A stretch of 64,000 nt of DNA, taken from contig NC_043010.1 of NCBI RefSeq assembly GCF_006345805.1, positions 6,014,001 to 6,078,000 of the forward strand. The letters are read 5' to 3'. This DNA comes from Octopus sinensis (Eukaryota). Every line of letters starts with the position of its first letter. Positions within the stretch are counted from its first letter, which is position 1. The notes under the pieces are model-generated. The model did not search any database. It was not told where the DNA came from and worked only from the letters and a program-made list of their open reading frames with translations. The position numbers and the translations under genes are program-made. This document shows positions 22,634 to 36,078 of this stretch, piece after piece.

Positions 22634-22945
22634 ATCATCATTTAACGTCCGCTTTCCATGCTAGCATGGGTTGGACGGTTCAACTGGGGTCTGGGAAGCC
22701 AGGAGGCTGCACCAGGCCCAGTCTGATCTGGCAGTGTTTCTACAGCTGGATGCACTTCCTAAGACCAACCACTCTGTGAGTGTAGTGGGTGCTTTTTTCG
22801 TGCCAGACGAGGCTGGCAACGGCCATGATTGGATGGTGCTTTTTATGTGCCACCGGCACAGAGGCCAGTCGGGGCGGCGCTGGCAATGGTCACGTTCGGA
22901 TGGTTCTCTTACAAGCCACCAGCACAGGTATCACAACTAAACAAA
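22634..22945 (+). repeat. Interspersed repeat family D (catcatcat-ttaacgtccgctttccatgctagcatggg...); other copies ~2068-2250, ~9865-10045, ~53078-53230, and on the minus strand ~26990-27075, ~40575-40705, ~61340-61490
   Basis: Recurrent similar sequence starting from a (CAT)n end; probably a retroposon 3' end. Confidence 0.6.
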
Positions 22946-24654
22946 TTTTTTTTTTTACTCTGCAAAGAGATAGACTTTTCATAACTTAGCACTAGACATG
23001 TAAACTTCAAGAGAAGAGTGGAAAATCATGTCTAAAAAGTTATTTTCTTTAAGTTGAATTAGCCCTTGAAAGAAGAAAATCAGGTATTTCAGTTGTGGGT
23101 TTGTACCATAGAAGCTGAAAGTGTTTGACTGTCAGTGTCTCCAAGTTTGAAAGAAGGAAGGAAGAATATTACATCCAAGCCAGAGACCTGAATTAAAAGC
23201 CCCTAACAGAGAATATATCACTGAAGACACATAAGCATCCGATAGCGATGTTATATAGACAGAAAAATATTTTGTAACTTTACTCTGTTACAGCTCATCT
23301 CTGGCAATAAAACAATGATTATGTATTGCCAGTGATCTTCTCTTGACAGGGCAACCAACAACATTGCTTTTACAAAAGGGACACTCCAACATTTGCCATG
23401 GGATTATGGATTTGCCAGAACTCTCCATGAGATACATTACTATTACAGAGATAATGAAAGTTGATATTTATGAGAATCCTCGATATTTTATATGGTTCTG
23501 TGATCCTATCGAGGATGTGCTAGCAACAGAACACAGCAATGAGTTCTACAAGTTTTAATCAGTACATGTCTTGCAAACAACTTGCATATGCAAGTGCTAC
23601 CAGTCATAAAACTCCACATACAGGAAGCCAGCTAGTGTATGGGGTCATCAGGAGAGAATGTACGCCGTTTCGGGGCCTACCTCTTGACATTATCATGAAG
23701 ACAGTCTTGTATTAAAATCAACCCATACATACTCTACATCCAAAGTAGCTGTTCAAACTGCTAGAAATAAGGGATAAATCAACCTCAAATTACATCCTAT
23801 CCTTTTGGAAATGGATTCATTGAGTAAGGTAGAACTGACTTTTCATAGCATAGGAATCAGGCAAAATGATCATAGCCAGAAGGCTTACTTGATGAGTAGT
23901 GACCTGGGTCTAAACAACAGTAACAAGACTAACACCTGAATTTCTTCCACAAATGAGTGAGTCCCAGGAGTCAATTTATCTGTTATGAATAGTTGACAAA
24001 TTTTCTTCAAATATCAGCTTGCCATTAAAAAAAAGGAACACATTACACAAAGTAGCCTTTGATATTACTAAAAAGATAAGATGACTATGGCTGCAATGAC
24101 TTTGATCATTGGATCTTTTCAGACAAGTTGACCAAGGGTTAAACTACAAGTTCAATAATTATTGCAAGATACTGATGAGAAATCAGAATAGCCTCCCTTG
24201 ATTATTAAAAGTCTACTTTTTCTACTCTGACCTCAGTTCCTGTATAGATGGAGTATTTTGAAGATAATATCCTACTTAACTTATACATAAAGGAAAAAAA
24301 TTAATCAAGATATTCTATTGTATACCATTTTCTTTGATTACAATAATATCCGATTATTAACCAGTTTGTTGACTCAGATAACAATATATATAAAAAAGAA
24401 TGATAGTAAAAAATATTGATGGTTTAAAGATGTTAAATATTTGAAAAAATAACAGAACTTATTTAAAAAGTTTTTTGTAGTGCTGGTATTTATATATACT
24501 ATAGTATGTGACAATTTAATTGTCTATTAAAGTGAGAGAATAGTATACAAGTTAACACATTGTCTGTTATTCAGAAAGTTATTTTATCAACATAAATAAC
24601 AGAGAGATTACCAAATGACTAAAATATAGATAAAAAGTTTTAATATATACTTAC

Positions 24655-24897
24655 CAACAGTTGTTATATATTCTTAAAGTTGTTACTGTACTGTTTAAAA
24701 GTTCTGGCATCAAAAAGTTGTAGTAGTAGCAGGAATTCTGAGCAGTTTGGTATGTAATAGTGCTATGTAGTTCTATGAAGTGGACTGTGTAGTATGTAAT
24801 GTGTGCTGTAGCCAATGACAAGCTGTCTTTTATTCCAGTGCAAGGAAACGGAAGTACAGCTTCCAGTTCTTGCAGTTAATAATGGGCTGACTCACAG
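24655..24897 (-). promoter_or_regulatory. Conserved promoter cassette + leader exon of gene 3
   Basis: Same block: agCCAATg at 24810, acGGAAGT, TGACTCA at 24888-24894, donor at 24655/24654. Confidence 0.8.
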
Positions 24898-25826
24898 ACT
24901 AGTTTACTTAAGCCCACACACATACATATACATATGTATGTGTTACAGAATGAATAAGGTAGAATATTTAATGTCTAGAAAACTGAGGCAAAGCAATAAA
25001 CTTATGAAAATATGATTAAATATTTAGTTTTCCAAGATTTAAAAAAAAATCTTTATATTATAAATTTGGTAAAAGTTAGAAAAGTTTCCAACATCAAAAG
25101 TTTAAAATTTTCAATAACCTTTATATACCAGCCATTATTTAGTAAAATTTTGGCAAAATTTATTAAAAAATCCCCTTAAATGCTTTTCAATATATTTAAC
25201 TCTTAATACTAATTTGAAAATACGAAATTATGGCTTTGAATTAGAGGCTCAACAATAATCAACATATGAAATGACTTTCTACACCTAAATGAATTTAGAT
25301 TTAGAAGCTTAAAATACTAATTTCAAAACAATAAGACTATATACATATTTGCATTATTTGTATGTTGTCTGTTACTATATATATATGTGTGTGTGTGTAT
25401 CACACAAGCTAACTGGACTAATAAAGAATATTTTATGATTATTGGAGGGGTTTTTTTTTTTAACAATTATCAAATAATCAACAACTGATTTAATTATTTG
25501 TTACATTTCGATAATTACTTTTTTCCTTACACTATATTAAAATATAGAAGCAAAGGTTTGTAGAAGTTTGAGGATCTTAGTGGACTTCAAAAACATTTTC
25601 TTATTTAGAATGACAGTCTTAAATATTTTCCTTCTTACAAAGAATTAAATTTATCATAGCTATTGCATATGACTGAAGAGAATGTAGCTATACAAAAACA
25701 ATATATATATTTATAACATTAATTACTATTTTACTTGTAAGATTTAATGAAATTTTATATTAATAGTTTTATGTATGAATTTGTGCATTGTTAGTAGTTA
25801 ATATTTGTTGGAGGCGCCTGATGTAT

Positions 25827-28199
25827 TCAAGGTACTTTTGGTAGTGTTGTCACCTTAGGTACAGATGGTAGAGGTGGTATACAGATTGCCATTGCTACTG
25901 AAGGTGGTTGTTCAATTATGTTAGATGTGGTACCTGTTATAGTCAAAGGTATTTGGTCAGGGCAACAGGAAGTGTTCATGTCAACATTAGGTTCAGAGTT
26001 ACATCCATTGTTATCTCCCCTTGATCTGTTCAGTGTGTGTGGTAATTGGTTTCTCGTATTCCATGTGCAATCACCTTGGTAGCGACACAGATCTGTAGAA
26101 ATAGGGATTGAAGATTGACATCTCACTCAGAATTTTAACAAAAGTGTCAGTAAGTTCTGTAGTCACTTTGGTTACAACAAATATATATGGAAACATTTAT
26201 TTTGAGTGATTTAAGATATCTTTGGTACAAAATTTATTGAAAGAAATTCCTAAATTAAATTCATTTTTTTACAGTATTCTTTTATTTGATGATATATATA
26301 TGTTTAAGTTCCATGATTAAAAAATATCAATATAATATCTAACCAGTGTAAAATAGAAGCATGTTTGAGAAGTTTGCTTCGTATCCATTTATTTCCTACT
26401 CATAGAAATTGTTCAGCTAAATTTGATGATCTTTTATGTCATCTTTTTTTCAAGGAGCAGTTTGATGCATTGGGGAACAGCCGATGGCATTAGAGAGCAT
26501 TGAAGGCGGCGAGCAGGCAGAAACATTAGCGCGCCATGCAAAATGCTTAACGGTATTTCGTCTGTCGTTACGTTGTGAAGCTGCTGGAGACTTTGGTCAA
26601 GCTTTGGCTGGTGTTGCTGCTTGGAGGCCACATATGTGTGAAAGCAGGACTCAGTACCTTGCCATATCTCCAGGAAGAATCAGAAGTGGTTGTAGAAGAA
26701 ATTCTGTGATTTCATCAGCTCCGATTTCTGTCTCCCACCCAATTACACATATTGTAATCTTATTGGCACTATGAGTGGGGCAAGGCCAAAAATGGTATCA
26801 ACTACTTTTCTTGCAACACCAAGGCCAATCTGGTGACCAAGATCAAGGAGGTGTTTCAAGATCTACTCGGTGACACAGTGAAGAACACATTTGCCAGGTT
26901 CTTGAGTTGTCTTGAAGCCATGGTGGAAGCCGAGGAAATAGTTGGCATTGCAACGAGTATCCAACCATAGAAACCAAGCCAAAAAGGAAACTCATGAGCG
27001 AACACACCAAACTGACTGAGGTAACCTCTCCAACCCATGCCAGCATGGAAAGTGGATGTAAAAAACCATGATGGTGAGGATTTACATAAATTATGATCTG
27101 AAACTGCAGAAATATTAGGCATATTTAACTGACCTGATAGATCTTCATAGTGTCCAGCATTGCTGACACTCCATCCATGACCACAGTCCGTGGTAGATGA
27201 CAATGTTGACATCCCACTGAAGGGGTTAGTGCTGTTTAGTTCTTTATAATTTGGTGACATACTTTCTTCTCTTGGAACAAATATCTATAAAAAAACAAAA
27301 AAAACAAATGAGAAATAGAAAAATATTCTGAAGAATTGCAATAAATAAATAGAAATAGGCAATTCAAGGAATAAACCAAAGCCTATAACTTCCACATTAA
27401 GTTCCCTTAAAGAATAATTAGATTTTGCCACAACAGCAAAGGTTGAAATATTAATTAACGGGTTAGTAAGTATGTCATAGAATTCAAAGAATAAAAATGA
27501 AGTTATTCAATATTAAAAGAATTTTGAAAGAATATAGCTATTTATGCTTTTATTGATTCTAAATGTCTGATGCAATATTTGAAATAAAATATATCAAAGA
27601 ATTTTACTTTTTACAAGCTCTGGTAAATTTTTAGTCTTTATGAAATAATTTCAATGTAGAATAAACATTTTGTTCACCCCATCTCAAATTTTGAAAAAAA
27701 AACCAGGCAAATAGGACAGTTGAATTAGAAAAACAACTCTGAATAGATTATTAAAAATCCCACCTGTTGATGATTTCTTAGGCTCAGATCTACCCATTGG
27801 TCAGATACACTTCTGCAGTGAATATCTTCTCTGTCTACCATTGGTTGTTAAGATTTCTGAAGATTTTTTTTTCCACTGTGTACTGAACACCAGGAGGAAC
27901 ACAAGTAGGATCAAATATATATTTTGATTGCGTGTTTAATGCAGGTGTAACCTTGTGGTACATATCAACACTGTTGTTATAGTTGTTGTCCGTCTGCTTC
28001 AGTCTATGAACTATACAGATCGATATAGAGATCACTATAACAACTGATACAATCACAGCTGCTATAACAATAACAATCATCACATTCAATTGGAGACCAT
28101 TACTTGATTCTGTTGTTGTCTTTGAAGGGGTCTTAAATATCTTTGATGTGTTCTTACTAACTGTTAGAGTCAAAGACTAAATTATTGTTGATGACAGAA
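25827..28199 (-). pseudogene. 5'-truncated protocadherin remnant: end of EC6 + TM + juxtamembrane region (28199-27764), intact 151-nt exon (27284-27134), intact terminal exon (26092-25827)
   Basis: Homology to paralogs stops abruptly at ~28199. No EC1-EC5, start codon or promoter cassette lies between it and gene 4. In the exon-1 remnant, an extra A in an A9 run (~27864-27872) shifts the frame, and the paralogous frame has CAA>TAA. Both downstream exons are open and have AG/GT sites. Confidence 0.88.
26580..26945 (+). mobile_element. Tc1/mariner transposase C-terminal remnant
   Basis: QKWL*KKFCDF... followed by a degenerate WPPxSPDxNP region, then NTKANLVTKIKEVFQDL...FARFLSCLEAMVEA, matching the typical mariner C-terminal helix pattern. 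Confidence 0.55.
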
Positions 28200-28664
28200 A
28201 ATTAATTCATATATTTTAATTCTTTATTTGCTTCACATTCTAAAGATTAGGAATTATTTCATTTATAACAAAGTAAGAAGAATTCTTTATGCTTCGATGC
28301 TTTAATGAAAACTAATCTAATATAAATCCTTAAATATTACTATCAAGATAATGTCTATCATCACATTTCTACAAATAGACTCAAATTTTCTTCTTCAGGC
28401 TATTTGATGAGCCAGCATATTTTCTGTCTGAAAATCTCTGTGTATCTTTAATGGCTAATTAAAAAATAGTCAGTGTATTCATTAAAGTCCATTTCTTATA
28501 TTTTTGTGTGAATTTCTGCCCAGAGTAATGTCAATATATTTGATGTTATAGTGATTGCAATTTGCTCATTGCAGCCCCTGGCCTTCTTCAGGAACCTAGC
28601 ATATTCAATGTCATCTCCAGAATTTCAAACTCAAGCCTTTAGTAAATTCATGCAATTTTTTTTT

Positions 28665-28980
28665 ATTTATTTATGTGCCCTTTTCAAGCCTAGCCAGGCT
28701 CGTGGGCCCGGTTTCCCGGTTTCTGTGGTGTATTTGTTCCCCCCCCCAGCTGGACGGGACACCAGTCCATCGCAGCGTTACTCAAGAAACAGGAAGAGAG
28801 AGTGAGAGAAAGTTCGGGCAAAAGAGTACAACAGGGGTCGCCACCACACCCTGCCGGAGCCTTGGGGAGCTTTTAGGTGTTTTCGCTCAATAAACATACA
28901 ACGCCCGGCCTAGGAATCGAAATCGCAATCCTCCAACCGCGAGTCCGCTGCCCTAACCACTGGGCCATGGCGCCTCCACA
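28665..28980 (-). mobile_element. tRNA-derived SINE family B
   Basis: Minus strand begins GGAGGCGCCATGGCCCAGTGGTTAGG...TTCGATTCC. Its 3' body is shared with 46993-47260. Confidence 0.65.
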
Positions 28981-29094
28981 AATCCATAGAATACATCAAA
29001 TACAAAATATTCCTGGAGTGGACAACAAAATAAAAAAAAAGAATCTAAGCCTATATACCTTCCTGAATATGACAGACATGTGATGAATACTGGA

Positions 29095-29505
29095 TGATAT
29101 GATAGCTGAAACATTCAACCATCTTACAAACAATAACTCTGAGCACCTTTTCAAACTCCACCTGTCTAACACCAGTGGACATATTTACAAAGTCAGAAAA
29201 CAGCACAGCTCCCATGACTTCAGGAAACATTTTTTCACGCTGAGAGTTGCTGAAGCGTGGAACAAACTGCCGGCATCAGTTGTTAGTTGTCGGAGCACTG
29301 CATCCTTCAAAACTTCCATGCTTTCTGAGATTCGCCAACACTACACTTGATTTTCTCCCCTCCATACACACGCAAGCATGTATCTGACTCATACACTATT
29401 CACTTTCCAGACATTTGTACATTACTACATGTGCTTTATATGCACTTTTGACAAGTTGTGGTGCACCTGAGCACTGTATACAATAATTTAATTATTATTA
29501 TATTA
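29095..29505 (+). mobile_element. CR1/L2-clade LINE 3' fragment
   Basis: FRKHFFTLRVAEAWNKLPASVV...FK motif; near-identical to 31930-32323; ATT tail. Confidence 0.78.
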
Positions 29506-29509
29506 TATA

Positions 29510-29906
29510 CTAGCAGTATCGCCCGGCGTTGCTCGGGTTTGTAAGGGACATAACTATATAAGCATTTTTAGAGAGTTATAGCCAAAAAATAGCAAAAAAA
29601 ATGCATTAAAAATGGAAAAAAATGGTAAATTTTTTTTAAATCGTTGACTCATCGTAGACATTTTTAGAGAGTTACTTCCCTTATATAATAGCGAAAAAAT
29701 GCATTAAAATGGAAAAAAATGATGGTAAATTATTTTTAAAATCGTAGACTCATTGTAGACGCCCACTAATACCCAGAAGGGCTCGATATGAATCACGACT
29801 ATAAGATACCCGGCTTTGGTTAAACTGCACCGCAAAATGTGGGAGTAGTTAGGAATCTAAATCGTAGGAGACAGACAGCACACAACCTCACTTTTATATA
29901 TAAAGA
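29510..29906 (-). mobile_element. Non-autonomous Helitron
   Basis: On the minus strand: A|TCTTTATATATAAAAG...CCCGAGCAACGCCGGGCGATACTG CTAG|T. This gives a 5' TC, a 3' hairpin plus CTAG, and insertion between A and T with no TSD. Confidence 0.75.
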
Positions 29907-30138
29907 TAACAACCAAAAGTATACTAGGTGAAATATATCAGTGTATTTCAAGAGTATGGGAAGGAGATTACCAAAATAAGTGAATTATGTAGTTGTATGT
30001 GATATATATTGACCACTAACATGTCAATCCAAATAAAAAGAATCCTTGTATTATAAAATATGTTTAGAGGAATATTCTATTGATTTTTGTATTATTTTCA
30101 TTATGTAAGTTGTGAAGACAACTTATAAGATGCTTATA

Positions 30139-33100
30139 TTAATACAGTGTTTCCGTAGAGTTACTGTGCATATTTTTTACTATGGAAACTGAAGGTACCT
30201 GAGGTATTGAAGGTACTTTTGGTAGTGCTGTTGCTTTAGGTACAGCTGGTAGTGCTGGTTTACTGTTCGAAGTAAAGTGACTTGTCATTGGTACAGTAGA
30301 TGGTTGTTCAGTGATCTTAGATGTATTATCAAATATAGTCAAAGGTATTTGGTTATCAGTGATATTGTCACCATTAGGTTGATATCCATTATTATCTCTC
30401 TTTGAACCACTGGGCGTGCATGGAAGTGGATTTCTCCTGTTCCACGTATGGTCACTTTGATAACAGTACAGACCTGGAAGTAGATCGATTTTTAAAAAGT
30501 TATTAAAAACGAATTTGATAAAAATTACACTGAAGCTATTTTTTCTAAATTAGTTTTCCATTTATTAAAAAATTTACTTAATTCCTGTTAAAACTATGGC
30601 TGCATATTCTATGATACTTAGAACACTGACAGTCTTCCGTATGCACAGAAATTAAATATCTAAAGACAAATGATGATTTCATAAATAAAATATCATATGG
30701 AAAATAAATTACTAGAATTAATACTATTTATATATTTAGTAGACTGATTGTGTAAACCTCTTGACTTTTTAGTGTCTAACTATTTCAAAATTTATCAGTC
30801 GTGGTCAAAATGCTTCTCATAAGATACATGTAAAAATTAACACTTCCTTTCTCCAAGCTTAGATTCGAAACCAAATCTGAGGAATCTCACTTGTCTGAAC
30901 CACCACTGACCAAACAAGCATGAAAGAAATTTTCTTCGTCCTGTCAAAAAAAAAAGATTGATCATCTCCCTTCGACCTCAGCCATGTCAGGTGAAGATCA
31001 AATGGACAGGAGCTGACCTATTTAAGCACAATGTATATCTGTCCTTCTAGCTGCCACGATATGTTATAAATACCTTGGTCAGTAAAAGGACAGATAGAAA
31101 AGATCTGGGACTCAGAGTGCATAAGATAGCTGACCAGTATTTTCTCTGATGAACAACACACACACAGACAGTATTCACTTTTTACCCTAGCATATCCACA
31201 GATGTACATTGTCGAATTCCTCGCTGGCTCATTGCAGTTGGCAACAAACTGATGTAGTGAAAACTTATGCATTACACCAGCAAATGCAAGTCCCACAAAT
31301 AAATCATTTAAACTATAAAAAGATGTTGTTCCTTTGTTCACTTTGAAGGCATCCACATGCCTATCACATCTGTTTACCTCAACACATTCTGATACACACC
31401 TTAACCACTTCAGACATGCTGCCCAAAAAGTAATTATGAGTGACTCAAGAATGCTTTAAACATTCTACCTGCTGGGTTTTGAGAACTACAAAAATGATGA
31501 CAAAATAAATGCATTTAATGAGATGAAATCAATCAGTATTCAGTGAGTTCACCTGTGGCTGTATATATGTATTCTTACTTAATATATCTTTTAAAATGTA
31601 TGTATATTGTGGGTCTTGAACTTAAGAAAATATCTTTTGGCTCTTATGAAGAGCAGCAAAAAGAACTTAGCCATCACTAGTATTACGTAACATAGAATCG
31701 AACTGCGGCTTTATATAGCTATGGTACGACCTCACCTGGAATTTGCATCGCCGGTCTGGAACCCCTATCTTGCACAGGATATTAATCATCTGGAAGCCAT
31801 TCAGTGACGTGCAGCCAAGAGAATACCCTCCATCAGGCATCTGCCATATTCTGAACGCCTTACTATCCTGGGCATGGACACATTGAGACTCCAATGTCTG
31901 GCAGCTGACTTGGCAGACACCCATAAAATTATTAACCATCTTACAAACAATAACTCTGAGCACCTTTTCAAACATCACCTGTCTAACACCCGTGGACATG
32001 TTTACAAAGTCAGAAAATAGCTCAGCTACCATGACTTTAGGAAACATTTTTTCACGCTAAGAGTTGCTGAAGCATGGAACAAACTGTCGGCATCAGTTGT
32101 TAGTTGTCGGAGCACTGCATCCTTCAAAACTTCCATGCTTTCTGAGATTCGCCAACACTACACCTGATTTTCTCCCCTCCATACACACGCAAGTATGTAT
32201 CTGACTCATACATTGTTCACTTTCCAGACATTTGTACATTACTGCATATACTTTATACACACTATCTGACAAGTTGTGGTGCACCTGAGCACTGTATACA
32301 ATAATTTCATTATTATTATTATTGAAGAGAGAGTCAGTATTTTTAACTAACCTGGCAGTTCCTCATAGTGATCAGCACTACCAACAACCCAGTCATGCCC
32401 ACTATCAGTATGAGTGGACATTGCTGATATCTCATTGAATTCGTTAGGTCTGTTTAGCTCTTGGTAACCAGGAGATGAACTTTCTTCTCTTGGGAGAAAT
32501 ACCTAAAGTTTGAGACGTTATAATGAAGAGAAAATTTGAAGAAAGAAAAAAAAAACAAATACACAGTTCAAGAGTAAAGCCAAAACCTGCAGCTGACATA
32601 TATTACTAAGTTCCATTAAAGTATTTTCAGCCAACAAACATTAAATTAAACAAAATAATACATCACTGTATGTGATGCTTATAAAGTACAGATAGAAATA
32701 AGAAGAAAAAAACTACAGATGATGGTATTTAATAATTTAAAAATTTTGTAAGACTATATTGATTTATACAAGATATATACATCAATGAAACAGTGAACAA
32801 TAAAGTATAAAAAATTTAAAACCAGTCATTTCAATCTATACACAAATCAATGACTAATGCAATAGAATGATCAGGGCTTGTCAAATATCTCATCTTCAAG
32901 GAAGAGTTTATCTACAAGTCATTTATACTGACTCACATTTTGGAAAAATTCTGATATAGGACATCTTTTTTTTTTTAAAGTAATTCTAAAAATATAACTG
33001 AAAAATCTCACCTGATGATGTTTTACTGAAGCTGGTTCAACCCGTCTATCATTTGTCATAGTCCAGCAGTGAATATTTTCTCTGTCTACCATTGGTTGTT

Positions 33101-35408
33101 GAGATTTCTTCACATTTCTCTCCAATGTGTACTGAACTCCAGGAGGAACACAAGCAGGATAAAACATATATCTTGATTGCATATTTAATGCTGGTATAAC
33201 ACCATGGTACATATCAACACTACTATTATAGTTTCTATTTGTCTGCTTCAACCTATGAACTATACAGATTGATATAGAGATCACTATGACAACTGATACG
33301 ATCACAGCTGCTACAACAATAACAATCATCACATTCAATTGGAGACCATTACTTGATTCTGTTGTTGTCTTTGAAGGGGTCTTAAATATCTTTGATGTGT
33401 TCTTACTAACTGTGAGAGTCAAAGACAAAGTTGTTGTCGATGACAGAACTGGACTGCCACTGTCTTTCACACCTAATTCCAGTTCATAGAATCCAGCATC
33501 ATTTTGGTAAAGTGAGCGAGAGAAAGATAAGACACCAGAGTGATGGTTCATTTGAAATAAGTGTTTCTCATTACCTCTGAGTATTTCATATGTGAGGAAG
33601 GCATTGTGTTGGCTGTCTCTGTCAGAGGCCCTAACAACTGTGATATCCTGGTCAGAGTGGGGATGGTAGTGGACATTAAGACTGAAAGGGTCAACATTAG
33701 GGAAACTGAAATAGGGAGCATTATCATTTAAATCCATAACCTCAACAACAACATTTGCTCTCTTCTCCAGTGATGGTGTTCCTTTATCTTTTACTAAAAC
33801 CTTAAACTCATACAGGTTCTTTTCTTCTCTGTCTAGGGACTCAGTTGTGGAAATGAATCCCACATCAGATATCTGAAATGGTAGAATATCTTTTCCATTA
33901 GATAATAGAGAATAGGTTAATTGTCCTCCATCTCCAATATCTGGGTCTGTGGCATTGACATATCCAACAGGGAAGTCTTTGTGTTCATTTTCATAGGTGA
34001 GAAACTTAAATATGTCCTGACTAAACTGAGGTTGTACATCATTTATGTCAGTGACCAGCATAGAAAACTGTTTCTCTACTTTCAATGGAGGTAAACCATT
34101 ATCTTGACATTTAATGGTGAAATTAAAGCTCTTCTCACTCTCTCTATCTATTTCACTCTTGACAATAATTTTGTATTTCTTTTCAGACTCTGAGATTAGC
34201 TGAAGATATCTATTTTGTAAATGACATTTCACTTGTCCATTTTCTCCACTGTCATTGTCGGTAACTTTGACATAAGCAACAAAACTTTGATTTTGAGTTC
34301 CTTCTGAGATGACAGCTGTGTTTCCAGTTGACTTTATAACAAATTTAACATCAATTTTGGGAGGATTGTTAAGATGACTGACACCATTTATAAAAACTGT
34401 GACTGTTGATGACATAGGTGGTTTACCATTATCTCTGGCATCAATAAATATCTCGTAAATCTCACCAAAATTAAATTCTTTCTTCAAAAATAGCTCCCCT
34501 GTTGCCTCCTCTAATTTAAAGCTTTCTTTTATCCTTTTAGGTGTTTTAACATTATTAAAGACATAAGAAATTCTTCCATTTTCCCCTTTATCTAAGTCTG
34601 ATGCAGAGACCTTAACAAGAGGCTTGCTTCTCTGGTATGTATCATTTATAGTGACATTGTAAATATTCTGGGAGAAAACAGGAAAATTATCATTTTTATC
34701 TCCCACTAATATTTTTATATCCAATACACCTTCCTTTGGTGGTGTTCCTTGATCTTTGGCAATTAACTGAATATTGTACATATCTTTTGTCTCACGGTCT
34801 AAGGAACCTTCTAAAATTAGTTGCAATAAATCAGTTCCACGTGACTTAGAAACAACCAATTGAAAAGGAACATTTTCATTTTCCTTCAGTTGATAATTGA
34901 GTTTAGAATTCCGAGAGCTAATATCGTTATCAATCGCATTTGGAATGATTTCTTTGATTCCTTTGGTCACACTTTCATCAAATGACACTTGAAATTCCTT
35001 ATTTGGAAATATAGGAGAATTATCATTGACATCTTCTATTATAACTTTGACTTCTAATATCTTGATAACAGAATGGCCATGTTGAACTGCTACTTCCAAA
35101 ATCCTGAAGCATTCCACATTGTATTGGCACAATGTTTCTGCATCCAATATGGCAGCTGTGTACAGTTGTCCTCCAGGTGTAACATTAAACAACTGAACAC
35201 TTCCATCAGTACTACCCTGGAGTATTTTAAATGTCAGTTTGCTTCTATCATCTTGAGTCTGTATATCATCCAGTAAGTGCATATCAGTGACAATATCTCC
35301 AATATAATTGTTTATATCATTGTTCTCTTTCATGCGGTAGATATGATACGCACACCAGCAGCTTTCAGTCATTAACAACACCAACAGTATCACTGATAAC
35401 ATCTTCAT
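30139..35408 (-). CDS. Pcdh: Protocadherin gene 4, about 960 aa; coding exons 35408-33012, 32502-32352, 30473-30139
   Basis: Acceptor TTTCAG|ATT at 35427. The ORF-track start at 35426 is TTG; the first ATG is at 35408 (MKMLSVILLVLL). Donors CAG|GTGAGA and CAG|GTTAGT; acceptor TTCCAG|GT at 30473; frame open. Confidence 0.92.
31660..32323 (+). mobile_element. CR1/L2-clade LINE 3' fragment with (ATT)n tail
   Basis: Translates RPHLEFASPVWNPYLAQDINHLEAIQ...YSERL...FRKHFFTLRVAEAWNKL, with stops, and ends in attattatt. Confidence 0.8.
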
Positions 35409-35684
35409 TAGTATAGGATTTGCCAATCTGAAATAAAATGCTAAATTGTATATAAATCATTCCCTGATATCTAGTGATTAACAATTCGAGTAGCTAACTC
35501 ATAATCATCTCAAAACATTATGTAAGTAATATCAAATAGCAATCAGTGATTTGGATATTAACTACTTTATTTGACCAATAATGTGTCTCAAATTCTAGCT
35601 TAAACAAATAAAGAACTTGACAGCTGTATTATACATTAGATGTTCATAAGTGTATTATTGCAACATTCACTCTCCTCTAGTATA

Positions 35685-36078
35685 TTTTTATATATAAAAG
35701 AGAGGTTGTGTGCTGTCTGTCTCCTACGATTTAGATTCCTAACTACTCCCACGTTTTGCGGTGCAGTTTAACCAAAACCGGGTATCTTATAGTCGTGATT
35801 CATATTGAGCCCTTCTGGGTATTAGCGCGCGTCTACGATAAGTCTACGATTTAAAAAAAATTTACCATCATATTTTCCCATTTTTAATGCATTTTTGGCA
35901 TATATAAGGGAAGTAACTCTCTAAAAATTTATTATTAAATCTCAGAACGTAAAAAGCTACAGTAACACCCACCTTTGTAGTTAGCCATATTGAGATGGCT
36001 ATTATACTTTACATCTCTAAAAATGCTTATGTAGTTATTTCCCTTACAAACCCGAGCAACGCCGGGCGATACTGCTAG
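35685..36078 (+). mobile_element. Non-autonomous Helitron, same family as 29510-29906, opposite orientation
   Basis: Same 5' body (tatataaaag..aggttgtgtgctgtctgtctcctacg) and 3' cccgagcaacgccgggcgatactgCTAGt. Confidence 0.75.
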
